DNA of 64,000 nucleotides, from NCBI GenBank assembly GCA_950097015.1, contig CATNEN010000001.1:17174001-17238000 (forward strand), read 5' to 3'. The first letter of the stretch is position 1, and every line of letters begins with the position of its first letter. The notes under the pieces are model-generated. The model was not told the DNA's origin and ran no database searches. It worked only from the letters and a program-made list of their open reading frames with translations. Below, piece after piece: positions 1 through 12,600 of the stretch. Source of the DNA: Macrostomum hystrix (Eukaryota; Animalia; Platyhelminthes). The translations under genes and the position numbers were made by a program.

Positions 1-197
1 TGATCCCATGTCTACTATCTTCTCTGATCCCATTTCTACTATCCTCTCGGATCCCATTTCTACTATCCTCTATGATCCCATCTACTATCCCCCCTTAATC
101 GGAGCGACAAGCAACAAATACTAAACATGCTACTCATTTATAAATAGCACAGTAGCAAGTATAGCAAATCGAAGGCAAACAGAAAAAAGCAACTGAC

Positions 198-2260
198 CTT
201 CTCGTTCGGATGGTGCTTCAACGAGCGCTTAATGAATCGCAATAGGTGCTTCTGGTTCATAGCCGAAGCAGCGTGTATATGATTGTCTACCTTGCGTATG
301 TTGTAGAAGTCCCTATGAGGCACCAGTTTCTGTTCGGCACTTTCAGACAGCTCATTTAGCAGGCTGTGCAGTTGGTATTTGGACTGCAGACAAGTCAGCC
401 GCCTGAAGCAGTAGCTCTTCAACGGACCGTTGGATGTCAGCGCAATGAGAATCTTGTGCTCGGTGACAAATGCATCCTTGTCCGAGTATTGCAGCTTGGC
501 GCAGAACTGGGCAGTGTCCTCAGCTAGGGAGGCTAGACGGAATACCCCGGCTTCAACTGATAGTCCGATTTGGAGTCGATTCTTTGGCAGATTGTTCAGA
601 CTGTACTCCGAATGCTGATGGTGGTGGTGGTGCTGCTGCTGCTGCTGCTTAGGCGGCTGTGACTCAGAGAGACTTGGTGCTGCTGCTGCTGCTTCCCCAC
701 CGACTTGACTTGAATTAGAAGTGCCTAAACTACGACTGAGGTATCTGCGGAGCAAGGTAAAGTAAGTTAGAGAGCTAGACACGAATTGAGTGAGTGAGTG
801 AGTGAGTGAGTGAGTGAGTGAGTGAGTGAGTGAGTGAGTGAGTGAGTGAGTGAGTGAGTGAGTGAGTGGATGAATGAGTGAGTGAGTGAGTGAGTGAGTG
901 AGTGAGTGAGTGAGTGAGTGAGTGAGTGAGTGAGTGAGTGAGTGAGTGAGTGAGTGGATGAATGAGTGAGTGAGTGAGTGAGTGAGTGAGTGAGTGAGTG
1001 AGTGAGTGAGTGAGTGAGTGAGTGAGTGAGTGAGTGAGTGAGTGAGTGAGTGAGTGAGTGAGTGAGTGGATGAATGAGTGAGTGAGTGAGTGAGTGAGTG
1101 AGTGAGTGAGTGAGTGAGTGAGTGAGTGAGTGAGTGAGTGAGTGAGTGGATGAATGAGTGAGTGAGTGAGTGAGTGAGTGAGTGAGTGAGTGAGTGAGTG
1201 AGTGAGTGAGTGAGTGAGTGAGTAAGTGGATGAATGAGTGAGTGAGTGAGTGAGTGAGTAAGTGAGTGAGTGGATGAATGAGTGAGTGAGTGAGTGAGTG
1301 AGTGAGTGAGTGAGTGAGTGAGTGAGTGAGTGAGTGAGTGAGTGGATGAATGAGTGAGTGAGTGAGTGAGTGAGGGAGTGAGTGAGTGAGTGAGTGAGTG
1401 AGTAAGTGGATGAATGAGTGAGTGAGTGAGTGAGTGAGTGAGTGAGTGAGTGAGTGGATGAATGAGTGAGTGAGTGAGTGAGTGAGTGAGTGAGTGAGTG
1501 AGTGAGTGAGTGAATGAGTGTGAGTGAGTCAGTCCGGTCCTCACCTAGCAGTGGTGGCGCAGAAGGCTTGGCCAGCCAGTCGCATGTACCTCTGCCTGAG
1601 GTGCATGGCCCACACCAGGTGGCAGCAGGCCTCGGAGACGTCATCGTCAGTTCCGGCGCTGCTAGCCAGATCCGAGTCGCCGGAAATGCTGACCCTCTGG
1701 AAGTTCACAGCGGCTGTGTGACTGTCGATCTCGTCCGAATTGACAGCGCCGGCGTTAGTCGAGACGGAGTACAGTCGACTGATTTCGGATGTGTCCGAGC
1801 TAGAAGGAGCGGCAGCAGCAGCAGCGGCAGCAGCAGCAGCGGCAGCAGCATCTATAGTAGCCTGTCTCTCAAGTCTATGCTGCCGACTTTCGATTCGTTG
1901 TATTGGAAATTTGGACACGTTGAAGTGTCCGGCGCCGCCACCGCCGCCCACACCAATGTCGACGCTGCCGATCGGTTCGTCGTTAATCATCGCGCTGGAG
2001 CCGTAGCCGACATCTTCCATGTCTTCGGCATGTATCGCCGACTCGGCAGCGGCTACGCGACGCATAATGGCAGCGCCCAAGGACTCCAGCGAGGCTGGCG
2101 GCTGCGGCGGAGAAGCCGGAGCTACAAACTGACTCAGCTGGTCGGCTGTCAAACCCGCTGACTGTCCCAAGTCGCAATCCTTGGCAGCATTAGCCCCACT
2201 ATCATTGTCGTCTTCTTCCGTCAAACGCAGACGCTTTGGCGATGGCAGACTGTCTGACAT
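198..2260 (-). CDS. AMPD: AMP deaminase (AMPD2-like), 5' two exons; gene continues off the left edge
   Basis: Exons 2260-1545 and 744-198, joined by a phase-2 GT-AG intron (GCT AG|gtgagg...ccgcag|A TAC). Family motifs RRL..LQSKYQLHSLLNE..E..EQKLVPHRDFYNIRKVDNHIHAASAMNQKHLLRFIK. Donor AAG|gtcagt at 197. Confidence 0.93.
788..1530. repeat. (GAGT)n microsatellite with periodic GGATGAAT interruptions, filling an AMPD intron
   Basis: Directly visible; produces the spurious HSLT ORFs. Confidence 0.97.
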
Positions 2261-2544
2261 GAGCAAGCTACAGCTTATTCCAATGTATCGATCGTGTGAT
2301 TGACTTTTTGGTTTTATTGCTTGATCGGATTCTGGAAAAGTTTGATGTAGAAAGGAATAAGGATCCGCTAGATAAGGCTTGGGGGCTTGTCGCGCAATTT
2401 TTTACCATTAAAAATTCATAACAGATGAGATGAGAAAGTCATAGCAGATGTACACACCTGTGTGAGTGTGCGCCTGTATACAGTACCTGCGTGTATTTTA
2501 AGCAGCCAGCGGGATGGAGGGAATTACCTGTCGCTGGCTGCAAG

Positions 2545-5078
2545 TCTCTCTCCCGCAGTCCTTCAGTGACCCACTATCCTCTCTCCCCCAGTCCTTCAGT
2601 GACCCACTATCCTCTCTCCCGCAGTCCTTCAGTGACCCACTATCCTCTCTCACCCAGTCCTTTAGTGACCCACTATCCTCTCTCCCCCAGTCCTTTAGTG
2701 ACCCACCATCCTCTCTCCCCCAGTCCTTCAGTGACCCACTATCCTCTCTCCCGCAGTCCTTTAGTGACCTACTAACCTCTCTCCCCCAGTCCTTTAGTGA
2801 CCCACTATCCTCTCTCCCGCAGTCCTTTAGTGACCCACTATCCTCTCTCCCCCAGTCCTTCAGTGACCCACTATCCTCTCTCCCCCAGTCCTTCAGTGAC
2901 CCACTATCCTCTCTCCCGCAGTCCTTTAGTGACCTACTATCCTCTCTCCCCCAGTCCTTCAGTGACCCACTATCCTCTCTCCCGCAGTCCTTTAGTGACC
3001 TACTATCCTCTCTCCCCCAGTCCTTTAGTGACCCACTATCCTCTCTCCCGCAGTCCCTTAGTGACCTACTAACCTCTCTCCCGCAGTCCTTCAGTGACCT
3101 ACTATCCTCTCTCCCCCAGTCCTTTAGTGACCCACTATCCTCTCTCCCGCAGTCCTTCAGTGACCCACTATCCTCTCTCCCGCAGTCCTTTAGTGACCTA
3201 CTATCCTCTCTCCCCCAGTCCTTCAGTGACCCACTATCCTCTCTCCCGCAGTCCTTTAGTGACCTACTAACCTCTCTCCCCCAGTCCTTCAGTGACCCAC
3301 TATCCTCTCTCCCGCAGTCCTTTAGTGACCTACTATCCTCTCTCCCCCAGTCCTTTAGTGACCCACTATCCTCTCTCCCGCAGTCCCTTAGTGACCTACT
3401 AACCTCTCTCCCGCAGTCCTTCAGTGACCTACTATCCTCTCTCCCCCAGTCCTTTAGTGACCCACTATCCTCTCTCCCGCAGTCCTTCAGTGACCCACTA
3501 TCCTCTCTCCCGCAGTCCTTTAGTGACCTACTATCCTCTCTCCCCCAGTCCTTCAGTGACCCACTATCCTCTCTCCCGCAGTCCTTTAGTGACCTACTAA
3601 CCTCTCTCCCCCAGTCCTTTAGTGACCCACTATCCTCTCTCCCGCAGTCCTTTAGTGACCCACTATCCTCTCTCCCCCAGTCCTTCAGTGACCCACTATC
3701 CTCTCTCCCCCAGTCCTTCAGTGACCCACTATCCTCTCTCCCGCAGTCCTTTAGTGACCTACTATCCTCTCTCCCCCAGTCCTTCAGTGACCCACTATCC
3801 TCTCTCCCGCAGTCCTTTAGTGACCTACTATCCTCTCTCCCCCAGTCCTTTAGTGACCCACTATCCTCTCTCCCGCAGTCCCTTAGTGACCTACTAACCT
3901 CTCTCCCGCAGTCCTTCAGTGACCTACTATCCTCTCTCCCCCAGTCCTTTAGTGACCCACTATCCTCTCTCCCGCAGTCCTTCAGTGACCCACTATCCTC
4001 TCTCCCGCAGTCCTTTAGTGACCTACTATCCTCTCTCCCCCAGTCCTTTAGTGACCCACCATCCTCTCTCCCCCAGTCCTTCAGTGACCCACTATCCTCT
4101 CTCCCGCAGTCCTTCAGTGACCCACTATCCTCTCTCCCCCAGTCCTTTAGTGACCCACCATCCTCTCTCCCCCAGTCCTTCAGTGACCCACTATCCTCTC
4201 TCCCGCAGTCCTTTAGTGACCTACTAACCTCTCTCCCCCAGTCCTTTAGTGACCCACTATCCTCTCTCCCGCAGTCCTTTAGTGACCCACTATCCTCTCT
4301 CCCCCAGTCCTTCAGTGACCCACTATCCTCTCTCCCCCAGTCCTTCAGTGACCCACTATCCTCTCTCCCCCAGTCCTTCAGTGACCCACTATCCTCTCTC
4401 CCCCAGTCCTTCAGTGACCCACTATCCTCTCTCCCGCAGTCCTTTAGTGACCTACTATCCTCTCTCCCCCAGTCCTTCAGTGACCCACTATCCTCTCTCC
4501 CGCAGTCCTTTAGTGACCTACTATCCTCTCTCCCCCAGTCCTTTAGTGACCCACTATCCTCTCTCCCGCAGTCCCTTAGTGACCTACTAACCTCTCTCCC
4601 GCAGTCCTTCAGTGACCTACTATCCTCTCTCCCCCAGTCCTTTAGTGACCCACTATCCTCTCTCCCCCAGTCCTTTAGTGACCCACTATCCTCTCTCCCG
4701 CAGTCCCTTAGTGACCTACTAACCTCTCTCCCGCAGTCCTTCAGTGACCTACTATCCTCTCTCCCCCAGTCCTTTAGTGACCCACTATCCTCTCTCCCGC
4801 AGTCCTTCAGTGACCCACTATCCTCTCTCCCCCAGTCCTTCAGTGACCTACTATCCTCTCTCCCCCAGTCCTTTAGTGACCCACTATCCTCTCTCCCGCA
4901 GTCCTTTAGTGACCCACCATCCTCTCTCCCCCAGTCCTTCAGTGACCCACTATCCTCTCTCCCCCAGTCCTTTAGTAACCTACTATCCTCTCTCCTAATC
5001 CTTCAGTGACCTACTATCCTCTCACCCAATCCTTCAGTGATCTACTATCCTCTCTCCTAATCCTTCAGTGACCCACTA
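2545..5078. repeat. 33-bp minisatellite (CTCTCTCCCCCAGTCCTTTAGTGACCCACTATC)n
   Basis: About 75 tandem units with a few recurring variants, between SND1 and AMPD. Confidence 0.97.
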
Positions 5079-6621
5079 TTTGAAAAATCCTGTCATAAAA
5101 ACTGGGCAAACAATATAAAAACCTTCTGACAAAGAAGAGACGTCAAGACAGTTGAAGAGAATTTCTTCCAGACAAAAATCACAAGCTAGGCGTCAAGCAG
5201 TCTTATCTTTACCGGCAAATATTTTCTGTTTTTCAGTCTGAATTTGCACAGTAATATTTGCACATTAAACAGGTCCAATCAGGCAATCAACGTTTCACCG
5301 ACAAAATTTAAGTGACAAACTCGAATTTATGAATTATAGATGCACTTTAAATTTTAATAATTAGAAAATGGCATATATGAGGACAATTTTCCCAATAAAC
5401 TCGAGAGCTAGGGATAATTAAGCAAAGAAAAGCTGGGGAAAACTTGTTTTTTTGGGAGAAACAAGAATGACTCATTAATTCCGCATGCACTCAAGACATA
5501 GATAAAAATATAAAAATATTACTTTTATAAGAATTTGGAAACAATCAGTAACAGAACAAGTGATAAACCGACACCCCGCAAAATGACAGCGCACGCAATT
5601 ACACCACTCCGTCTAATGAATAAAGGTATAGTGAGTAAGAGATAACAAATGTACCGGAAGATGACTATACCAAGAAGTAAAACAAAAGCGTCTTTTGATT
5701 GAATGTCGCTAAGATAGTTTCTAGAAGACTATAGGGCGCTTGTCTTCCATCGCTGACTCGAGTAAAACAAAACAGATCAAAAATCTTCAATGACACGATA
5801 AACAACACTTAACAGAGCTTAATTTAGTGAGGCAAACAGTAGCAGCAAAGCAAATTAATTAGTTCCGTTTCATTCTTAGAAACAATTGCAATAAGGAAAA
5901 TTTTGCTTCTCTTTTTCAAAAGTAATCTCAAGTTTGAGTTGGTTCTGAGCTCTTTGGCACTAGTTTAATAATCGACCCAGTTGCTGGCTAATTAAACACC
6001 GAATCCGAAAATTGATTTGAAATAGAAAATCAACTAGCTAATAGTAATCATAGTAGTAATTAATTAATAAATACGAAAAACAAAAAAACAACCGGAGCTA
6101 GACAGAACAAGGGCTACAAATAAAAGAAGAAATTATTTGGTTTTGAATTTAGAATTCATAAAACAAAGAACGACAGATATAAAATAGAAGAACCGATTCT
6201 ACTAATGGAATTGATGCGGCTGCTGGCGAAACTAAATGATTAAGCAGATGAATTTAATTATTATTACTAAAACAGCCAAAAAGTACCTAAAAGTACATTT
6301 TAAGTGTTTAATTTGTACTCAGAAATCGTTAATCCTACCATAGATTAAGCCAATAAATTTGCAATTCAACAAAGGCATAAATAATTTGAAAGAAATTGCT
6401 ACCTTCGCTAACTATAAAATTATGATTTCTAAAAACTGGTTCAACTGTTCTACTTTTACGTGAAATTTTTATTATAAATGTAAAATATGATATTTAAGAA
6501 ACCGCTCAATCAACAATTAAAAATCGTTTAATTACTAATTACTATTCTGCCAATTTCAGACAATTGAGTTAAACAAGCTTCATACTCAGCCGCCAATACC
6601 CAGTTTCTCTTCAACATCTCA

Positions 6622-9600
6622 TCATTCGTCATCGTCGCGGAAGTCGCCGTAGCGCCAGATATTGCGTCGAGCCTTGAACGCCACAGCCTGCTTGGCGACG
6701 TAGCGGGAGTGCAGCTCGCCGCCCGCGCCGGAGCGAGAACCCGCTGGCGGGCGCTTCTCAAGAAACAGCAGGCCAGACTCGAGCAGCAGCTCAGCCAGAT
6801 CCACTCCACTGGCCTTCTCAACTAGTTGCACGCCGGTAATACCGTCGGCTTCGTAAATCTTCTTAACGGTAGCTGGCTTATCGGCGGCTTTGTCTAGGAG
6901 CAGCTGGACAGCCTGTTGAATGTCCTCCTCCTCTGGCGGAGCCTGACAGAAAGCCAGCCGGCAGATCCTGGCTAGAGGAGCTTGAGCTCGAAGCGACTCA
7001 GGCAGTTGAGCAACGTCGGCAACGCTGGTTATGCTCTTCTCTAGGCCCAGATCGACTAGTTGAACAGTGCGACCGGATGAGTCGTTGCGCAGTACCCGAG
7101 CCCGATGCCAGACGCCTTCGAATCTGGCTGCGCACAGGTCGCCTTTGCGCGGCGTGTAGGCGCCAGGGACAGGCGGACGACGCTCGTCGAGTTCTTCGCG
7201 CAGAGCGGCGGTTAGGCGAGACCGACGCTCGGCGTCTGTGGCTAGCTGAACGCAGAAGGTCAGGTCCGGTCGAACCTGCAAGATTTTTTGTTGGGATTAA
7301 TTATGTTCATCATGTATGCCATGATGAACATAATTAATTATACCCATACCCACTTCAGGTATGCCAGGTGATTTCACTGACCACTTCAGGTATGCCAGGT
7401 GATTTCACTGACCTACTTCAGGTATGCCAGGTGATTTCACTGACCTACTTCAGGTATGCCAGGTGATTTCACTGACCTACTTCAGGTATGCCAGGTGATT
7501 TCATTGACCTACTTCAGGTATTCCAGGTGATTTCACTGACCCACTTCAGGTATTCCAGGTGATTTCACTGACCCACTTCAGGTATGCCAGGTGATTTCAC
7601 TAACCCACTTCAGGTATGCCAGGTGATTTCACTGACCCACTTCAGGTATTCCAGGTGATTTCACTGACCCACTTCAGGTATTCCAGGTGATTTCACTGAC
7701 CTACTTCAGGTATGCCAGGTGTTTTCATTGACCCACTTCAGGTATGCCAGGTGATTTCATTGACCTACTTCAGGTATTCCAGGTGATTTCATTGACCTAC
7801 TTCACTTATGCCAGGTGATTTCACTGACCCACTTCAGGTATTCCAGGTGATTTCACTGACCCACTTCAGGTATGCCAGGATTTCATTGATCTACTTCAGG
7901 TATGCCAGGTGTTTTCATGGACCTACTTCAGGTATTCCAGGTGATTTCACTGACCCACTTCAGGTATGCCAGGTGATTTCACTGGCCCACTTCAGGTATT
8001 CCAGGTGATTTAAACGACCTACTTCAGGTGATTTAAACGACCCACTTCAGGTATTTCAGGTGATTTAAACGACCCACTTCAGGTATTTCAGGTGATTTAA
8101 ACGACCCACTTCAGGTATTTCAGGTGATTTAAACGACCTACTTCAGGCATTCCAGAAATCTCTCTAATCCTCACCTCAGTCACGGTGCAATCCACGGGTC
8201 CGCCGTCTTCTCCGGCGTTGTCCTTCCTGTGACTCGGTCCGGTAGCTCCGTCGGCAGACTCCGATCGGCCATTGTCCGTTGACGAAGGCGCGGCAGCGGC
8301 TGCTGCGGCGGCAACGCTCCAAACGTTGAGCTTGTCAGCTTTAGCTTTCTCTTCGGCTTTAGTTAGCGCCGGATAATAATCGGATTTCTCGGCAGTGAAG
8401 TGCACTTTACCGTAGCCGCGCTCAACAAGGGTGACGGCTACATTCTCGCCTTCAACAAACAGGTGGCCAATGAAATTTCCTCCGCGATCGCAGGCCTCAA
8501 TCAGGACTTCAACTTCGCGCTGCAGGCAGAGCTCTTTAACAAATCGGCTGGCCTCTTCACCGAATGGATCTCCGGGCTCCTCGGTGCCATTCGGCAGTCG
8601 CCTAGGAGTTCTGGGACACTCCACCCCAGTCAGTAGCACGGTGATTAGGCAGGTGCTGCGCGGAACGTAGACACGGAATCGATTAGCTGAGGCGACGAAT
8701 TCCACGAGGCCCTCCTGACGGCCAGAGCGTTGCAGCGACGGCAGGAACTGCTTGGCTCGCTTGGGATCGCCAGCCAGGTCGGAGATCTTGTGAGCCGGCG
8801 GCTCCTTCTTGCTGTGTACACCGACCGCCTGCCATTGGGTGCCGTTGGGGATCAGTTTCATACGGAAACTTATATTAACTGATTGCACCTGCCCAGATTG
8901 GGTCTTATGCACAACCGAAAGCCACAGACGCAGCCATCTGAAGGCTGCGTACGGCTGTTCAGTCCATGGACTGTGGAGATGCCACACCACCCACCCTTGA
9001 ATAACCCAGCTAATGCTGGTACCCAATTAGAAAGACCAAATTAGAAAGACTAAATACACACATTACTGACTTGAACTGAACTGACGCAATGCAGAGTTAA
9101 GTGTCTTGCTAAAAGACACAAATTTTCCAGTGGAATCGGGAATCGAACCCCCGACCTTCAAATCGCGGATTTGAGCGCGGATACTTTTTCGAGATTAGTA
9201 AATAGAATATGACGCACCTTCTTCTGGGCCACAGCTTCGGCGGCCAGCAGGGCATCGTAGGCCGATGATCGGTTGACATCGTCGGCCCGATAGCGAACCA
9301 CGTAAGCCAGGCCCTTCTGCACCAGAGCTTCGGCCACATTCACGTCGCCAACTAGCACTGTGGCGCCGACCTTCTCGGGAAATTCTGGCGACTTTGGTTG
9401 GATATAATCAACGCGAGCCGTGACCCGCTTACCAATTAGGCGCTTGCGCAGAAACTCACGGGCTTCGAACATGTAGGGAATGTCGTATAGCGGACGGGAC
9501 ACCCTGCGATGGTGTTATAAAAGTGCAAGCATTACAGTGGGACAATATAACAGACAAGACGCTATTATACACATGAAGATGATACCAGAAAAAATAGCCT

Positions 9601-12600
9601 GATTTAATTTTATCCCTAAAATAAGAACGGAGTAAAAGGGATAAAATTGCAGAGCACTAAAGAAAAGAGAAATTATTCGGCTCAGAGAGGGATAAAATCC
9701 CCGTTGGAAAACGAATGACAGGATCTTATCCATTCATATAAGGTTCTTCGGCACCATGGGTAATGGTCATTCTTACTGTAATTGTCATTACCCTGATAAG
9801 AGGATCTTAACCCCAAATAAATGTATATTATCCCCTGATAAGAGGATATTATTCCCTGATAAGAGGATCTTATCCCTGATAAGAGGATCTTATCCCCTGG
9901 CAAGAGGATCTTATCCCCTGGCAAGAGGATCTTATCCCCTGACAAGAGGATCTTATCCCCTGGCAAGAGGATCTTATCCCCTGACAAGAGGATCTTATCC
10001 CCTGGCAAGAGGATCTTATCCCCTGGCAAGAGGATCTTATCCCCTGGCAAGAGGATATTATCCCTGATAAGAGGATCTTATCCCTGATAAGAGGATTTTA
10101 ACCCCCGATAAGAGGATCTTATCCCTGATAAGAGGATCTTATCCCTGATAAGAGGATCTTATCACTGATAAGAGGATTTTAACCCTGATAAGAGGATCTT
10201 ATCCCTGATAAGAGGATCTTATCCCTGATAAGAGGATCTTATCCCTGATAAGAGGATCTTATCCCTGATAAGAGGATCTTATCCCTGATAAGAGGATCTT
10301 ATCCCTGATAAGAGGATCTTATCCCTGATAAGAGGATCTTATCCCTGATAAGAGGATCTTATCCCTGATAAGAGGATCTTATCCCTGATAAGAGGATCTT
10401 ATCCCTGATAAGAGGATCTTATCCCTGATAAGAGGATCTTATCCCTGATAAGAGGATCTTATCCCTGATAAGAGGATCTTATCCCTGATAAGAGGATCTT
10501 ATCCCTGATAAGAGGATCTTATCCCTGATAAGAGGATCTTATCCCTGATAAGAGGATCTTATCCCTGATAAGAGGATCTTATCCCTGATAAGAGGATCTT
10601 ATCCCTGATAAGAGGATCTTATCCCTGATAAGAGGATCTTATCCCTGATAAGAGGATCTTATCCCTGATAAGAGGATCTTATCCCTGATAAGAGGATCTT
10701 ATCCCTGATAAGAGGATCTTATCCCTGATAAGAGGATCTTATCCCTGATAAGAGGATCTTATCCCTGATAAGAGGATCTTATCCCTGATAAGAGGATCTT
10801 ATCCCTGATAAGAGGATCTTATCCCTGATAAGAGGATCTTATCCCGGATAAGAGGATCTTATCCCCTGACAAGAGGATATTATCCCCTGACAAGAGGATA
10901 TTATCCCTGATAAAGGTGTACGAAATAAAGACAAACCTTGGTCTCTGTCCATCGGCATCCTGAGTGTTGATCCTTGGCGGCCTAATAGAAGCCAGGAACA
11001 GTTTAACAAACTCGCCATTGTCCTGGCGTTTCACCACCAAACTATCGCCATTGCCAACTTCAACAACCTTGCCGTCCAGTGAGTCGCTGGAAGCTAGTCC
11101 CTGTTCGGATTTGTTGTTGCCAACGACGCCGCCGCTGATCCCGCCGCTGGCAGTCTCCACGTAGTCCTGTTGAATGCGAACGTCATAGGTGAAAATTAGG
11201 CTTTAGATCATAATAATAATTACGACACTAGACCAGCAGCCAGCGAGGAGGCAATTCTGTCCATTCCGCTATCTCCTGAGCACACGCACACAGATACCGT
11301 ACGCAAGCACACTCTCACACAGGTGTGTAAATCTGCCTGGACTTTCTCTTCGTCAGGGAGTGTACACCTTACTGTACACCTCGCTTAAGGGCGTAAATTG
11401 CATCCCAAATGAATGTGGCCTCGCCGCGGATTCGAGCTTAGGGACCTTGGTGTGAGAGGCAAACGCGTTAACCGACCCCCCGGCTTTAGACCATAGACTA
11501 AACACCACCCCGAAATCTTACCTTCCACAATCGCCGCCTAGCCTTCTTAGCATCCCGTTCCGCCTGACGCAGTTTGACAGCGGCTCCTGGCTGGCTAACC
11601 ACTCCCATGCTCCAGTCCACACACCTGGCCAGGCCTTCCTGCACCAGGATCTCGGCAATGTTGCCATTGGTGTGCAGGACAGATCCGACAACACTCTGGC
11701 CTGAGACTGTCTCAAGCACTAAGCGGACATTGCGCTGAAGGAGCCGGGCTTCAACAAAGAATTTCGCTTCTTCAGCGTAGGGCTCGGCAATCTGCTGCTG
11801 CTGCTGTTGCTGCGGAGAGGCCAGCGTTGTCGTTTGAGCACCAGACTCGACAGCATCTCCATCGTCCAGCTGTTGCTGCTGCTGTGGCTGCTGCTGCTGC
11901 TGCTGCTGCTGCGGCTGCTTAAAAGTAGGCGACTTGACACCGCTAAGCATGAAAGAGACACTATAGTAAGCGTCGGGCAGGCTAATTAGCACCCGATAAG
12001 TGCACGCGTCTCTAACGTGCTCAATAACAGCCTGCAACGGGCGCTGCTTGTGCGAGTCGACAAACAGGCGAGGATTGTCAACCTTCCAGACCATATTGCG
12101 AACGTGATTGGACCCCATATCAGTCTGGCTCCATTTGCCTTTGCCTTCGGCTTTGGCCTGATCTTCCAAGGCGGCTAGCTGGTTCAGTTGGTCAGAGCCC
12201 GAAGGCCCGCCACCTGAGCGACGAACTTCGGCCAGACCTTCGCGGACCAGAGCCTCGTTCATGTTGACCCGCTCAGCTTCAGGCTCCACTCTGCAAATGG
12301 GATTTATTACAAGAACTATTTGTAATAATCATTATTTCCAGTTAAACGATTCCCTAATCAGCTGTTTGCAGGTGCTTTTTCCTACTCATTTCGCCCAGAA
12401 CTCACCGATCATAGAGCACGCCATAGTACTTCTTGTTGCCAGTGCCGCCAACAACAGTTTCACAGGCGAACAGTACCTCCTTGCCAACTAGACGCCTTAG
12501 ATATTCCCTAGCTTCGTAGGCCCACGGCTCATCTTTGGTGACTTCACCGGAGGCCAGACGACGGCCAAGTCGAGGCGCCTGGATGCTGGTTAGGCCGCAG

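Noticed and set aside
2514-5009. 831-aa ORF of SDPLSSLPQSF repeats
   Set aside because: A 33-bp pyrimidine-rich minisatellite is stop-free by composition; there is no signal peptide or unique domain, and identical behaviour is seen in clearly intronic arrays.
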